Shown here: positions 1 to 10,109 of the stretch, piece by piece
Layout of the letters: every line of letters starts with the position of its first letter
Numbering within the stretch: the first letter of the stretch is position 1
DNA from: Candidatus Endomicrobiellum africanum
Lineage (GTDB): Bacteria; Elusimicrobiota; Endomicrobiia; Endomicrobiales; Endomicrobiaceae
Direction of reading: 5' to 3'
Assembly: GCA_031281995.1 (NCBI GenBank)
Contig: JAITEQ010000011.1
Coordinates: 1-51,056 of the forward strand
DNA length: 51,056 nucleotides
The notes under the pieces: generated by a model
Database searches by the model: none
What the model saw: only the letters and a program-made list of their open reading frames with translations
Told to the model about the DNA's origin: nothing
Translations under genes and position numbers: made by a program

Positions 1-1
1 T

Positions 2-160
2 TTGGAAAAGAAAAAGTTGGAAGAAGAAAAGAAAAAGTTAGCAGAAGAGAAGAAGAAAAAAGAAGAAGAAGAAAAGAGAAAGCTTGAAGAGAAGAAGAAA
101 AAAGAAGCTATGTCTATAGATGGAGAGGACGTTTTATATTTAGGCGCAGCAATAAAATAG
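2..160 (+). CDS. 3' end of a Lys/Glu-rich coiled-coil protein (partial, starts before window)
   Basis: Frame from 2 reads LEKKKLEEEKKKLAEEKKKKEEEEKRKLEEKKKKEAMSIDGEDVLYLGAAIK, TAG at 158-160. Confidence 0.7.
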   Translation: MEKKKLEEEKKKLAEEKKKKEEEEKRKLEEKKKKEAMSIDGEDVLYLGAAIK

Positions 161-181
161 TAACAAATAATAGGATTAAAA

Positions 182-859
182 ATGGTAAAGAGAAATCACT
201 TTATTGCGTGCTTAATATTGTCAATATTAATAAATGCGATGGTTATATTTATTATATGGGTTAAAGGGGCAATGCATAAAGAGCAAAAAAAAATTGTGGA
301 AGTAGAGTTTTTGTCTTCCTCGCCTGAAGAACAAAAAGTTGAAGAACCAGAGCCAGAGCCTCCTGTGCCAGAACCTGAACCAGAGCCAAAGTCCGAGCCA
401 GAGCCAGAACCTCCTGTGCCAGAAGCAGAGTCTCCTGTGCCAGGTAAAGTGTTTACAGTGCCTGTAGAGGAACAAGCTCCCGAACCTGAACCTGAACTAG
501 ATTCTGCATCAACAGATAAAAATGAAGTTGGTAAAGAAACTAAGCCTCAAAATGAAATTGCTTATGAAGCTCAAAAATTTAAATATGAGGCATACGCAAA
601 GCAGGTACACCAAAAGTTAAGACGATATCTTCCATGGCTAAAAAAGACGTTTGGTAAAGGATATGCTGTGGTTAAATTTGCAGTACATAGAGATGGCACT
701 ACTTCTCATGTTTCGATTTTAGAGTCTTCGGGGAATAAAAATTTTGACGATGAAGCTATGAAACTTGTAGAAGAAGAAACATTTGATAAGCTTCCTAGTG
801 ACTACGAGAAAAATGTTTTAGTAACGGCTTTTGAGTTTAGAATTGGTACAAATAATTAA
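182..859 (+). CDS. TonB/TolA family energy transducer
   Basis: N-terminal TM helix, Pro/Glu-rich linker, TonB_C-like C-terminus (SSGNKNFDDEA); precedes exbB/exbD-like genes. Confidence 0.85.
   Translation: MVKRNHFIACLILSILINAMVIFIIWVKGAMHKEQKKIVEVEFLSSSPEEQKVEEPEPEPPVPEPEPEPKSEPEPEPPVPEAESPVPGKVFTVPVEEQAPEPEPELDSASTDKNEVGKETKPQNEIAYEAQKFKYEAYAKQVHQKLRRYLPWLKKTFGKGYAVVKFAVHRDGTTSHVSILESSGNKNFDDEAMKLVEEETFDKLPSDYEKNVLVTAFEFRIGTNN
343..443 (+). repeat. Coding repeats of the EPEP/PPVP linker
   Basis: CTCCTGTGCCAG at 360, 411 and 432 among GAGCCA/GAACCT units. Confidence 0.8.
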
Positions 860-876
860 AAATAAAGGAGAAATAA

Positions 877-1512
877 ATGTTTGAAGGGAAAAGTATTATA
901 GAAATACTGAATATGGGAGGTTGGACATTATATATTTTGTTAGGATGTTCTATATTGTCTATAAGTATTATATGTTATAAAGCATTTGAATTTTGGAGTA
1001 AGTCTAGAGTTACAAGAGTAGAATTTATAAAAAAATTAACTAACTATGTAAAAGATGGAAAACTTGATGAAGCTATAGATTATTGTAACAGCGTGAACTC
1101 TCCAATGGCAGCAGTATCAAAAGTAGGTATACTTGCTTTTAAGGAAAAAGGTGAAAGAGTTAGTGAAGATGCTATGGACAGGGAAACAATGATTCAGACA
1201 CTACAGTTAGAAACTTTTACAACAATATTAGCTACGCTTGGAAGTATGACAGTTTATATAGGTTTGTTTGGTACTGTGTTAGGTATTATAAGTGCATTTC
1301 ACGATATATCTGCGGTTGGTGCTGGTGGTATAGCAGTAATTATAGGAGGAGTTTCAGAAGCTTTAATGGCAACGGCAGCAGGTTTAAGTGTTGCGGTACC
1401 AGCTTCTGCAGCTTATAATTTTATTGCAAAAAAGATAGATAAGTTTGGTATACAAATGGAGTATTGTATATCTGCTTTAGAAGAAGTTTTATTTAAATCA
1501 AGGAGTAAGTAA
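877..1512 (+). CDS. exbB: MotA/TolQ/ExbB proton channel protein
   Basis: IGLFGTVLGI and EALMATAAGL motifs, 3 TM helices, AGGAG RBS. Confidence 0.85.
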   Translation: MFEGKSIIEILNMGGWTLYILLGCSILSISIICYKAFEFWSKSRVTRVEFIKKLTNYVKDGKLDEAIDYCNSVNSPMAAVSKVGILAFKEKGERVSEDAMDRETMIQTLQLETFTTILATLGSMTVYIGLFGTVLGIISAFHDISAVGAGGIAVIIGGVSEALMATAAGLSVAVPASAAYNFIAKKIDKFGIQMEYCISALEEVLFKSRSK

Positions 1513-1926
1513 ATGAGAGCTCGTATAAAAAGAAACAAAGTAAAAACAGATATTAATATCGCTCCTTTTACTGACGTTATCTTAGTGCTTTTAATTATAT
1601 TTATGATCTCGACTCCTGCTTTAATGCAACCAGGAATAACTGTAAATCTTCCAAAAACAAAAATTACAGATCCCACAGATAATTCGAATATGGAAGTTTT
1701 AATATCTAGAGAAGGTAATATATATATAGATAATAAACAAACAGAATTAGAGAATGTAGAAAGTGTTGTAAAGGAGTGGATTGTTTCTAACCCTAACCAG
1801 TCTGTAGTTATAAAGGGTGATGAACAAATACCTTATAATCTTGTCATACAGTTTATGGATAGAGCAAAAAGAGGTGGCGCTGCAAAGTTTGCTCTTGCTG
1901 TAGATAATGCAAATACAGAGAAATAA
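1513..1926 (+). CDS. exbD: ExbD/TolR biopolymer transport protein
   Basis: INIAPFTDVILVLLIIFM signature. Confidence 0.88.
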   Translation: MRARIKRNKVKTDINIAPFTDVILVLLIIFMISTPALMQPGITVNLPKTKITDPTDNSNMEVLISREGNIYIDNKQTELENVESVVKEWIVSNPNQSVVIKGDEQIPYNLVIQFMDRAKRGGAAKFALAVDNANTEK

Positions 1927-1932
1927 TTTTGT

Positions 1933-1984
1933 TCGCATAGCAAGTTGTTATCAAATAGATAACCAATATTGCTATGCGATTTTG
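1933..1984 (+). terminator. Probable intrinsic terminator after exbD
   Basis: TCGCATAGCAA (1933-1943) pairs with TTGCTATGCGA (1969-1979); inner GTTATC/GATAAC; followed by TTTT. Confidence 0.65.
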
Positions 1985-2054
1985 TAGTATTAAAACACCA
2001 AAATTTAACTAATCTTTAAATAATCAAATTAAAACCAAAAATATAAAATAGTAC

Positions 2055-2083
2055 TTGACATATTAAAGTCTTAGTGCTACAAT
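2055..2083 (+). promoter_or_regulatory. Sigma70 promoter of hrcA-grpE-dnaK-dnaJ operon
   Basis: TTGACA 2055-2060, 17 bp spacer, extended -10 TGcTACAAT ending 2083. Confidence 0.85.
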
Positions 2084-2084
2084 C

Positions 2085-2111
2085 TTGGCACTTTGACAAC
2101 CCGAGTGCTAA
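2085..2111 (+). promoter_or_regulatory. CIRCE operator (HrcA binding site)
   Basis: TTGGCACTT-N9-GAGTGCTAA versus consensus TTAGCACTC-N9-GAGTGCTAA, right after the -10 box. Confidence 0.92.
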
Positions 2112-2148
2112 GAATCGGCTATTATTAACCGCTTTAAATGAGGATAAT

Positions 2149-3186
2149 ATGCGACAAATAGCATTAGAAGTTTTAAAAGAGAGAAAGAGCAAAATATTGA
2201 GTGCTGTCATATATCACTACATTAAAACAGGAAAGCCGGTAGGTTCTAATGCTTTAATAGAGGAATATAACATTTCTCTTTCTCCTGCTGCGGTAAGAAA
2301 TCTGATGGCAGAGCTTGAGGAAGAGGGGTTTCTTACACATCCTCACACTTCTGCGGGTAGGATACCTACAGATAAAGGCTATAGAGCTTATGTAGATACT
2401 CTTGTTAAGTTACAAAATTTTGCCGTAGAAGAGGAGAAAAGGTTAAAAAAGGAGTATGAGCAAAAACATAATGAGACAGAAGTAATTCTTTCTGAAACTT
2501 CTCGTATTTTGTCATGTCTTTCACAATATACTGGTTTTGTTATGACGCCTAAAACTCAATATGATGTTATAAAGAATGTAGAGTTTGTACAAATTTCACA
2601 AGAAGAACTTTTAGTTGTGATGCTTACTCAAAGCGGTATAATAAAACATAAAAGAGTTGAAGCTTCTCTAACGCAAGGGCAGATTAATAAGTTACGCAGT
2701 TTTTTAAATGATAAACTAAGAGGTGTGTCAGTAGCACAAGCAAGTAAAAAAATAGTTGCAGAAATAAAAATTTTTAAGCAAAACGAAACTGCAATTTTAG
2801 CTGCTGCTGAAAAAGTTAGTGACATTTTTTATAATATACAAGACGATGTTTATATAGATGGGACATCTAATGTTGTTGCGGTTAAGGATTTTAATGATTT
2901 TGAACCTATAAAGTCTCTTATACGTTTTAATGAAGATAAAGAAAAGTTTATAAAGGTAATAAATAAAGATTTTAGTAGTAGTGGAATTAATGTAAAGATA
3001 GGTTCAGAAAATACTTTAGCAGAACTTAAAGATTTAAGTGTTGTAACAACTGTTTATAAAAGTGATGAATACGCAGTAGGCATTTTAGGGATTATAGGCC
3101 CCAAACGTATGGAATATGAAAAGATGATGTCTCTTGTTAGTAAAGTATCTGAGATATTAAATGATTTTTTTAAAAATAAAAAATAA
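2149..3186 (+). CDS. hrcA: Heat-inducible transcription repressor HrcA
   Basis: HPHTSAGRIPTDKGYR and IIGPKRMEY motifs; start moved from 2074 to ATG 2149 (GAGGA RBS, downstream of CIRCE). Confidence 0.95.
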   Translation: MRQIALEVLKERKSKILSAVIYHYIKTGKPVGSNALIEEYNISLSPAAVRNLMAELEEEGFLTHPHTSAGRIPTDKGYRAYVDTLVKLQNFAVEEEKRLKKEYEQKHNETEVILSETSRILSCLSQYTGFVMTPKTQYDVIKNVEFVQISQEELLVVMLTQSGIIKHKRVEASLTQGQINKLRSFLNDKLRGVSVAQASKKIVAEIKIFKQNETAILAAAEKVSDIFYNIQDDVYIDGTSNVVAVKDFNDFEPIKSLIRFNEDKEKFIKVINKDFSSSGINVKIGSENTLAELKDLSVVTTVYKSDEYAVGILGIIGPKRMEYEKMMSLVSKVSEILNDFFKNKK

Positions 3187-3767
3187 TGGGGGGATCTATT
3201 TTGGATAATGAAAAACAGGCAGAGTTGGTTGGTAGCGAACAAGAAAAAATTGATTATATTCAAGCCCGAGACGAAAAAATCCTTGAACTTGAAATTTTGA
3301 AACAGTCTGTTGAAAAACAAAAAGAGTTGGCGCAAAATTATTATGACCAGCTTGTAAGATTAAAGGCAGATTTTGAAAATTATAGGAGACGATCAGAGAA
3401 AGAAAAAAAGGATTATTTAGATTGGGGCAAAGAAAAAATTCTTATTAAACAAATTGATATAGCTGATGTTTTGCAACAAGCTTTAAAGAGTGCAAAAGCG
3501 GGAAATAATATAGAAAGTGTAGTTGTTGGCTTAGAGATGATAAATAAAGAGTTTTCAAAAATGTTAAAGGACGAAGGTGTAGAAGAAATTGTTTGTGAAA
3601 AGTTTGACCCAAATATATGCGAAGCGTTAGATACTGTCGTGAGTGAACAAGAGGATGGTAAAGTTTTAGAAGTTTATCAAAAAGGTTATAAAATGAATGG
3701 TAAACTTATAAGAACAGCAAAGGTAAAAGTAGCAAAAAGTGATAAAAAAGATGAGCAAAAAGATTAA
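3186..3767 (+). CDS. grpE: Nucleotide exchange factor GrpE (start may be TTG 3201)
   Basis: RLKADFENYRRR, FDPN, QKGYKMNGKLIRTAKVKV. Confidence 0.95.
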   Translation: MGGSILDNEKQAELVGSEQEKIDYIQARDEKILELEILKQSVEKQKELAQNYYDQLVRLKADFENYRRRSEKEKKDYLDWGKEKILIKQIDIADVLQQALKSAKAGNNIESVVVGLEMINKEFSKMLKDEGVEEIVCEKFDPNICEALDTVVSEQEDGKVLEVYQKGYKMNGKLIRTAKVKVAKSDKKDEQKD

Positions 3768-3824
3768 ATTAATTTAAAGAAATTCAAATTGTCAAAAAAT
3801 AAACATTTAATATAGGGGGAATAT

Positions 3825-5702
3825 ATGGCAAAAATTATTGGTATTGATTTAGGGACATCAAACTCTGCTGCAGCTGTAATGGAAGGTGGAAAAACTACTC
3901 TTATACCTTCTGCTGAAGGCACAACTTTAGGAGGTAAAGCGTTTCCTTCTTATGTAGCTTTTACAAAAGATGGACAACTTTTAGTTGGAGAGCCAGCAAG
4001 GAGACAAGCAGTAACAAACCCCGAAGGTACAATTAGTGCTTTTAAAAGGAAAATGGGTACAGATTACAAGTACACTGTAAACGGTAAAGAGTTTACACCT
4101 CAACAACTTTCAGCATTTATTTTGCAGAAAATTAAAAAGGATGCAGAAGCTTATCTAGGAGAACCTATAAGTAAAGCTGTTATAACAGTACCTGCGTATT
4201 TTAATGATAACCAAAGACAAGCTACAAAAGATGCTGGTGCAATTGCGGGTCTTGACGTTGTAAGGCTTGTAAACGAGCCTACAGCTGCATCTCTTGCTTA
4301 TGGGATAGATAAGGTTGGTAAAGAGCAAAAAATATTGGTTTTTGATCTTGGTGGCGGTACTTTAGATGTAACTATTATGGAAATGGGTGCTGAAGGTACT
4401 TTTGAAGTGCTTTCAACTTCTGGAGACACGCAACTTGGCGGAACCGATATGGACAATGCTTTAATAGACTATATCGCAGAAGATTTTAAAAAAACAAACG
4501 GAATAGATTTGCGTAATGATAAAATGGCAATGCAGCGTTTAAAAGAAGCTGCAGAAAAGGCTAAAATAGAGCTGTCAAATGTTTTGGAAACTGATATAAA
4601 TCTTCCATTTATTACAGCAGATGCTGCAGGTCCTAAACATTTAACAATGAAGTTTACAAGAGCAACACTTGAAAATTTAGTAAGACCTATAGTAGAAAAG
4701 TGTAAAGAATCTATAGATCAAGCTTTAAAAGATGCAAAACTTAATGCAGATACAGTTACAAAGATAATTTTAGTTGGTGGGCCTACAAGGATGCCTATTG
4801 TTCAAAAATTTGTTGAGGATTACGTTGGTAAAAAAGTAGAACGTGGTATAGATCCTATGGAATGTGTATGTTTTGGGGCAGCGGTACAAGCTGCTGTACT
4901 TACAGGAGACGTAAAAGATATTCTTCTTTTAGATGTTACGCCTTTAACTTTAGGGTTAGAGACAATGGGTGGTGTAAGAACTGCTTTAATAGATAGAAAT
5001 ACAACAGTTCCTGCAAAACGTTCTCAAATATTTTCAACGGCTGCAGACAACCAGCCGAGTGTTGAGATCAATGTTTTGCAAGGCGAAAGGCCGATGGCGA
5101 AAGACAACTTATCTCTTGGTAGATTTATGTTAGACGGTATACCACCTGCGCCCAGAGGTGTGCCTCAAATAGAAGTTACTTTTGATATAGACGCTAACGG
5201 TATTTTGCACGTATCTGCAAAAGATAAAGGGACTGGAAAAGAGCAATCTATTAAAATATCTTCTTCAACAAAACTTTCAAAAGAAGATATAGATAAATAT
5301 GTAAAAGAAGCAGAACAGTACGCTTCTGAAGATTCTAAACGTAAAGAGGAAATAGAAGTAAGGAACGAAGCAGACAACCTTGTTTACTCAGTAGAGAAAA
5401 GTTTAAAAGAACATGGCGACAAAGTTTCAGCAGATGAAAAGCTTGCTATAGAACAGGCCTTGTCAGCTTCAAAAGATGCGCTTAAAGGTAACGATGTTAC
5501 AACAATTAAGTCTACAAAAGAAGCTTTGATGACCGCTTCTCATAAACTTGCAGAGGCTGTATACAAAGCTTCTCAAGGGCAAAACTCTCAAGCAGGTGCT
5601 CAAGGAGCTGCGCAAAGTTCTGGCCAAACGGCAGACCAGTCAGGGCAAAGTGCTCAAGATAATGTAGTTGATGCAGAAGTTGTTGACGATAAAAAACAAT
5701 AA
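3825..5702 (+). CDS. dnaK: Chaperone DnaK (archaeal-type sequence)
   Basis: [37 protein letters not shown]. Confidence 0.98.
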   Translation: MAKIIGIDLGTSNSAAAVMEGGKTTLIPSAEGTTLGGKAFPSYVAFTKDGQLLVGEPARRQAVTNPEGTISAFKRKMGTDYKYTVNGKEFTPQQLSAFILQKIKKDAEAYLGEPISKAVITVPAYFNDNQRQATKDAGAIAGLDVVRLVNEPTAASLAYGIDKVGKEQKILVFDLGGGTLDVTIMEMGAEGTFEVLSTSGDTQLGGTDMDNALIDYIAEDFKKTNGIDLRNDKMAMQRLKEAAEKAKIELSNVLETDINLPFITADAAGPKHLTMKFTRATLENLVRPIVEKCKESIDQALKDAKLNADTVTKIILVGGPTRMPIVQKFVEDYVGKKVERGIDPMECVCFGAAVQAAVLTGDVKDILLLDVTPLTLGLETMGGVRTALIDRNTTVPAKRSQIFSTAADNQPSVEINVLQGERPMAKDNLSLGRFMLDGIPPAPRGVPQIEVTFDIDANGILHVSAKDKGTGKEQSIKISSSTKLSKEDIDKYVKEAEQYASEDSKRKEEIEVRNEADNLVYSVEKSLKEHGDKVSADEKLAIEQALSASKDALKGNDVTTIKSTKEALMTASHKLAEAVYKASQGQNSQAGAQGAAQSSGQTADQSGQSAQDNVVDAEVVDDKKQ

Positions 5703-5723
5703 ATAAGTATTTGCTTTTGTAAC

Positions 5724-5766
5724 CAACCGACCTGCTTATAATGTTTAATTTTAAGCAGGTCGGTTG
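5724..5766 (+). other. Strong stem-loop between dnaK and dnaJ (mRNA stabiliser or leaky terminator)
   Basis: Perfect 15-bp inverted repeat CAACCGACCTGCTTA/TAAGCAGGTCGGTTG, 13-nt loop, no U tract. Confidence 0.7.
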
Positions 5767-5878
5767 TAAGATAATATGGAAGTACTGTATAGATTTGTAT
5801 CTTTTATTTCAAGGTAAGCTTTTAGTATTATGCAAGAAACTAGTTATTTTTGTTGTGTTTTAATAAGGAATATAAAAA

Positions 5879-7027
5879 ATGAAACGTGATTATTATGAAG
5901 TGCTTGGAATTTTAAAATCTGCTAGTAAAGATGAAATAAAGTCAGCTTATAGAAAACTTGCTTTAAAATATCATCCTGACAAAAATCCAGGCAATAAAGA
6001 AGCTGAAGAAAAATTTAAAGAAATAAATGAAGCTTATGAAATTTTATCTGATGATAATAAAAAGCAGCAGTACGATACGTTTGGCCACGATGCTGCTGGA
6101 GGTAATCCTTTCAGTGGAGAAAATCCGTTTGGTGGTGGAAGTTCTTCGTATAGTAGTGGCGATTTTTCAAATATGGGCGACATTTTTGGTGATATATTTG
6201 GCGACATTTTTGGTGGAAGTTCTTCTAATCGTAAAAAAGGTAGAGCTTCGCAAAGACGAGGAGAAGATTTACGTTACGATATAGAAGTTTCGTATTTAGA
6301 TGCAATGAAAGGTGCTGAAATTTCTATAGATATACCAAAAAAAGAGACATGTTCTAAATGTCATGGTACAGGCAGCAAAGATAATTCTGCTCCTAAACAG
6401 TGCCCTCAGTGTAAAGGCACAGGGCAAGTTAGATACTCTCAAGGTTTTTTTTCGTTTAGCCAAGAATGCCTTCAGTGTAAGGGTAAAGGTACAATAATTA
6501 GTAATCCTTGCCCGGACTGTAGAGGAGAGGGCATTGTAAGGACTAGAAAAACAATTAAAGTTAGGGTACCTCAAGGTGTGCAGGAAGGTACTTCCTTAAA
6601 AGTTACAGGGTCTGGTAATGCTGGTGTAAATGGTGCTCCTTCAGGAGATCTTTATGTTGTAATACATATGAAACAAACACCAGGCTTTAAAAGAAATGGA
6701 GATGATTTATATACAGAAGCTTCTATTTCTTTCCCTAAAGCGGCAATGGGTGCAGAAATTGATGTGCCTGTTTTAGAAGGGCATGTAAAAATAAAAGTAC
6801 CTCAAGGCACGCAGGCTGGCAAAACTTTAAGAATTAGAGAACAAGGCTTTCCAATGCTTGGCAGGAGAACAAGAGGCGACTTGTATGTTAAAATAAATGT
6901 AACTGTTCCTACATCTTTAACAGACCAGCAAAAACGTGCTTTGTTTGAATATGCAAAAACTATAGGCGAAGTTCCGCAGAATGCTAAATATCAAAGTGAT
7001 AACTTTTTTAAAAAGATATTTGGATAA
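5879..7027 (+). CDS. dnaJ: Co-chaperone DnaJ
   Basis: HPD J-domain, G/F region, four CxxCxGxG repeats. Confidence 0.98.
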   Translation: MKRDYYEVLGILKSASKDEIKSAYRKLALKYHPDKNPGNKEAEEKFKEINEAYEILSDDNKKQQYDTFGHDAAGGNPFSGENPFGGGSSSYSSGDFSNMGDIFGDIFGDIFGGSSSNRKKGRASQRRGEDLRYDIEVSYLDAMKGAEISIDIPKKETCSKCHGTGSKDNSAPKQCPQCKGTGQVRYSQGFFSFSQECLQCKGKGTIISNPCPDCRGEGIVRTRKTIKVRVPQGVQEGTSLKVTGSGNAGVNGAPSGDLYVVIHMKQTPGFKRNGDDLYTEASISFPKAAMGAEIDVPVLEGHVKIKVPQGTQAGKTLRIREQGFPMLGRRTRGDLYVKINVTVPTSLTDQQKRALFEYAKTIGEVPQNAKYQSDNFFKKIFG

Positions 7028-7047
7028 ATTAACATGTTATCTAAAGT

Positions 7048-7082
7048 TTGACAATGCATATAAAAAATAATAATATATGCAT
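7048..7082 (+). promoter_or_regulatory. vapBC promoter with overlapping palindromic operator
   Basis: TTGACA 7048-7053, 17 bp, TAATAT 7071-7076; inverted repeat ATGCATATA-N11-TATATGCAT 7054-7082. Confidence 0.75.
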
Positions 7083-7098
7083 AAAAAGGAGATGTTGT

Positions 7099-7290
7099 AT
7101 GCGAACAACTTTAGATTTGCCAGAACAATTAATAAATAAAGCTATGGCTTTAACGCATATTTCTACAAAAACAGAAGTAATAAAAATTGCTTTAGAAAAT
7201 CTCATACAAAGGGAAAAATTAAAAAAATTGACAAATTATTTTGGGAAAGTGTCTTTAGATATAGATTTAAATAAAATAAGAATGCGATGA
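7099..7290 (+). CDS. vapB: VapB-type (RHH) antitoxin
   Basis: MRTTLDLPEQLI...TKTEVI..AL; AGGAG RBS before ATG 7099; ATGA overlap with toxin gene. Confidence 0.85.
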   Translation: MRTTLDLPEQLINKAMALTHISTKTEVIKIALENLIQREKLKKLTNYFGKVSLDIDLNKIRMR

Positions 7291-7679
7291 ATAATATACT
7301 GATTGACTCATCAGTTTGGATAGAATATTTCAAAGGACGCGAGAATTTCTTGTTTGTTAATGATTTAATTATTAGCAATGTTTTATGTACGAATGAATTA
7401 ATATTAGCAGAATTGTTACCGTTTGTTTTATACAAAAAAGAGTTTGATTTAAATGATTTGTTGTGTAATATTAAAAGACTTGAAATGAAAATCAATTGGG
7501 AGGAACTGCGTTCTTTCCAATTAATTAATATAAGAAATGGTAACATTAACATTAGAATTCCAGATTTGATTATAGCTCAAAATTGTATGCAGAACAAATG
7601 TAAGTTGTTGTCTTGTGATAAACACTTTAAAATCATTGCAAAATTTTTGCCATTAGAGATTTATAATTATTTGATGTAA
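7287..7679 (+). CDS. vapC: VapC PIN-domain ribonuclease toxin
   Basis: ILIDSSVWI, ELL, PDLIIA, CDKHF acidic PIN residues. Confidence 0.88.
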   Translation: MNNILIDSSVWIEYFKGRENFLFVNDLIISNVLCTNELILAELLPFVLYKKEFDLNDLLCNIKRLEMKINWEELRSFQLINIRNGNINIRIPDLIIAQNCMQNKCKLLSCDKHFKIIAKFLPLEIYNYLM

Positions 7680-7749
7680 TTTCTAGAGATTATTATTTCT
7701 GTTACAATTGTATATAGTTAAACTTACTTAATAAGAGGAATGTTTAAAA

Positions 7750-8814
7750 ATGATATATAAAAGTTTAATTGAAAAGTATAAAAAGTATTTGCCAGTGTAC
7801 GAAAAAACCCCAATTATATCTCTTTGTGAAGGTAACACACCGTTAATACAAGCAAGAAATTTGTCTAAAGAAATTGAGTTTAAAGGAAAGATATATTTTA
7901 AGTTTGAGGGGTTAAACCCAACTGGTTCCTTTAAAGATAGAGGTATGACGATGGCTGTATCTAAAGCTGTTGAAAGTGGCAGTAAAGCTATTATTTGCGC
8001 TTCTACTGGTAACACTTCTGCATCTGCAGCTGCGTATGCAGCTAGAGCTGGTATAAAATGTGTGGTTTTAATACCAGAAGGCAAAATAGCTCTAGGTAAA
8101 CTTTCTCAAGCTCTTATGCATGGAGCTAAAGTCTTAGAAATAGATGGAAATTTTGACACAGCATTAAACCTTGTCAAAAAATTAAGTGATAGTTATCCCA
8201 TTACTTTAGTTAATTCTGTAAACCCTTTTAGAATAGAAGGACAAAAAACAGCTTCTTATGAAATATGCGAAAGTTTGGATAGTGCTCCGCAATATCAGTT
8301 TATGCCTGTAGGCAATGCTGGTAATATTACAGCTTATTGGAAAGGTTATAAAGAGTTAAATAATGAAAATCCTAAAAAATATGTTCTCCCTAAAATGATG
8401 GGTTTTCAAGCTGCAGGTGCTGCTCCCATAGTTGATGGCCACCCTATTTTAAAGCCAGAAACAGTAGCTACAGCTATAAGAATAGGTAATCCTGCCTCTT
8501 GGAAAACTGCAGAGATTGCTCGCGATGAGTCTGGAGGTGTAATTGATAAAGTTAGTGATGAAGAAATTTTGTTTGCTTATAAACTTATAGCTAAAACTGA
8601 AGGTGTTTTTTGCGAGCCAGCTTCAGCAGCGTCTATAGCTGGACTTATAAAGTATGTAAGACAGGGCTATTTTAAAAATGTTCAAAATGCGCAAGTTGTA
8701 TGTGTACTCACAGGCCACGGTTTAAAAGATCCTGACAATGCAATTATTAATGCTAAAAAACCAAAAAAAGTTAAAGCGGATATAAACGAAGTTGTAAAGG
8801 TAATAGGGTTTTAA
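7750..8814 (+). CDS. thrC: Threonine synthase
   Basis: NPTGSFKDRG, ASTGNT, PVGNAGN, TGHGLKD. Confidence 0.95.
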   Translation: MIYKSLIEKYKKYLPVYEKTPIISLCEGNTPLIQARNLSKEIEFKGKIYFKFEGLNPTGSFKDRGMTMAVSKAVESGSKAIICASTGNTSASAAAYAARAGIKCVVLIPEGKIALGKLSQALMHGAKVLEIDGNFDTALNLVKKLSDSYPITLVNSVNPFRIEGQKTASYEICESLDSAPQYQFMPVGNAGNITAYWKGYKELNNENPKKYVLPKMMGFQAAGAAPIVDGHPILKPETVATAIRIGNPASWKTAEIARDESGGVIDKVSDEEILFAYKLIAKTEGVFCEPASAASIAGLIKYVRQGYFKNVQNAQVVCVLTGHGLKDPDNAIINAKKPKKVKADINEVVKVIGF

Positions 8815-8818
8815 TTTT

Positions 8819-10084
8819 GTGAAAATTGAACTTATTTGTACAGGCAGTGAACTTTTAACTGGTACAATAAATACTAATGCTGGTTTTATTGGCTCTAAAC
8901 TTTACAATATAGGGCAAGAATTATATTTTGTTACAGATGTCAGTGACAAAAAAGAAGATTTAAAAAATGTTTTAAATAACGCTATATCTCGGAGTGACGT
9001 TATTATAGTTACGGGTGGACTTGGCCCTACATTTGATGACATAACTGTTGAAACTGTATCAGAGTGTTTAAAGATACCTGTATATAGCGATGAAAAAGTT
9101 TTACAAAGTATAAAAGATTATTTTGTAAAAAAAAGAAAAACTTTTCCTGAAATTAACAAGAAACAAGCCAATATTATTAAATCTGCAAAAATTTTAGAAA
9201 ATAGGTTTGGAACAGCGCCTGGACAAATGCTACACTTTGACTTTAAATATAAAGATAAAAGTGTTAGGAAAACATTGTTTTTGCTTCCTGGCCCTCCAAG
9301 AGAGATGACATCTATTTTTAACGAAAATGTTGAACCGTTTTTAAAAAGTTATTCTATAGGTATAAAAAAAAGTGTTTCTATAAACGTGTTTGGGATTGCA
9401 GAGTCTGAAGTTGAAGAGCTTATAAAACCTGTTATAGAAGCTGCAAGGTTTGGTTATAATGACTCAGTAAAATTTGGCATTTTAGCAAATGATTCTGTTA
9501 TAAAAGTTAAATTTTCTGTTTCAGGCCAAGATGAAATTTTTGTAGATGAGACAATAAATAAATTAAAGCTAGGTTTTACTAATATTTTAAAAGACAATAT
9601 TTTTGGTTTTGGCGATGATACTTTAGCGTCTGTGGTTGGGAAACTATTAATTGGAAGGAAAAAAACTATTTCTCTTGCAGAGTCTTGTACAGGTGGTAAG
9701 ATATCTTCTACAATTACTGATATTGCAGATAGTTCTTTATATTTAAAAAATTCTATGGTTGTTTATTCTAATGAGTCAAAAATAAAGTTGTTAGGTATAA
9801 AAGAAAGTAGTATTAATAGTTTTGGAGCTGTAAGCGAACAAACTGCTAAAGAAATGGTAGAATCTGTTTTAAAACTTTCAAGTACAGATTATGCGTTGTC
9901 AGTGACAGGTATTGCAGGCCCTGGTGGTGCTACAAGAGATAAACCGGTAGGACTTGTCTACATTGGTTTTGCTGATAAGAAAAAGACAGAAGTTCTTAGG
10001 TTTTTGTTTAGTGGAGTAAGAGAACAGATAAGGAATTGTGCTGTAAACGCAAGCTTAGATTTAATTAGAAGACGTTTAATGTAA
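8819..10084 (+). CDS. cinA: CinA (MoCF-like domain plus NMN deamidase PncC domain)
   Basis: GSELL, TGGLGPTFDD, LPGPPRE, AESCTGG, TGIAGPGG. Confidence 0.92.
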   Translation: MKIELICTGSELLTGTINTNAGFIGSKLYNIGQELYFVTDVSDKKEDLKNVLNNAISRSDVIIVTGGLGPTFDDITVETVSECLKIPVYSDEKVLQSIKDYFVKKRKTFPEINKKQANIIKSAKILENRFGTAPGQMLHFDFKYKDKSVRKTLFLLPGPPREMTSIFNENVEPFLKSYSIGIKKSVSINVFGIAESEVEELIKPVIEAARFGYNDSVKFGILANDSVIKVKFSVSGQDEIFVDETINKLKLGFTNILKDNIFGFGDDTLASVVGKLLIGRKKTISLAESCTGGKISSTITDIADSSLYLKNSMVVYSNESKIKLLGIKESSINSFGAVSEQTAKEMVESVLKLSSTDYALSVTGIAGPGGATRDKPVGLVYIGFADKKKTEVLRFLFSGVREQIRNCAVNASLDLIRRRLM

Positions 10085-10109
10085 AAACAGTTGCAAAAGT
10101 AGGAGCTAG

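Noticed and set aside
343-500. CRISPR-like or VNTR array
   Set aside because: Short in-frame Pro/Glu codon repeats of the TonB linker, no repeat-spacer structure
2054-2080. Second CIRCE over the promoter
   Set aside because: Only a right half-site (TAGTGCTAC) resembles consensus; the left half does not
2074-2148. N-terminal extension of HrcA in the ORF track
   Set aside because: Covers the -10 box and CIRCE; the RBS supports ATG 2149
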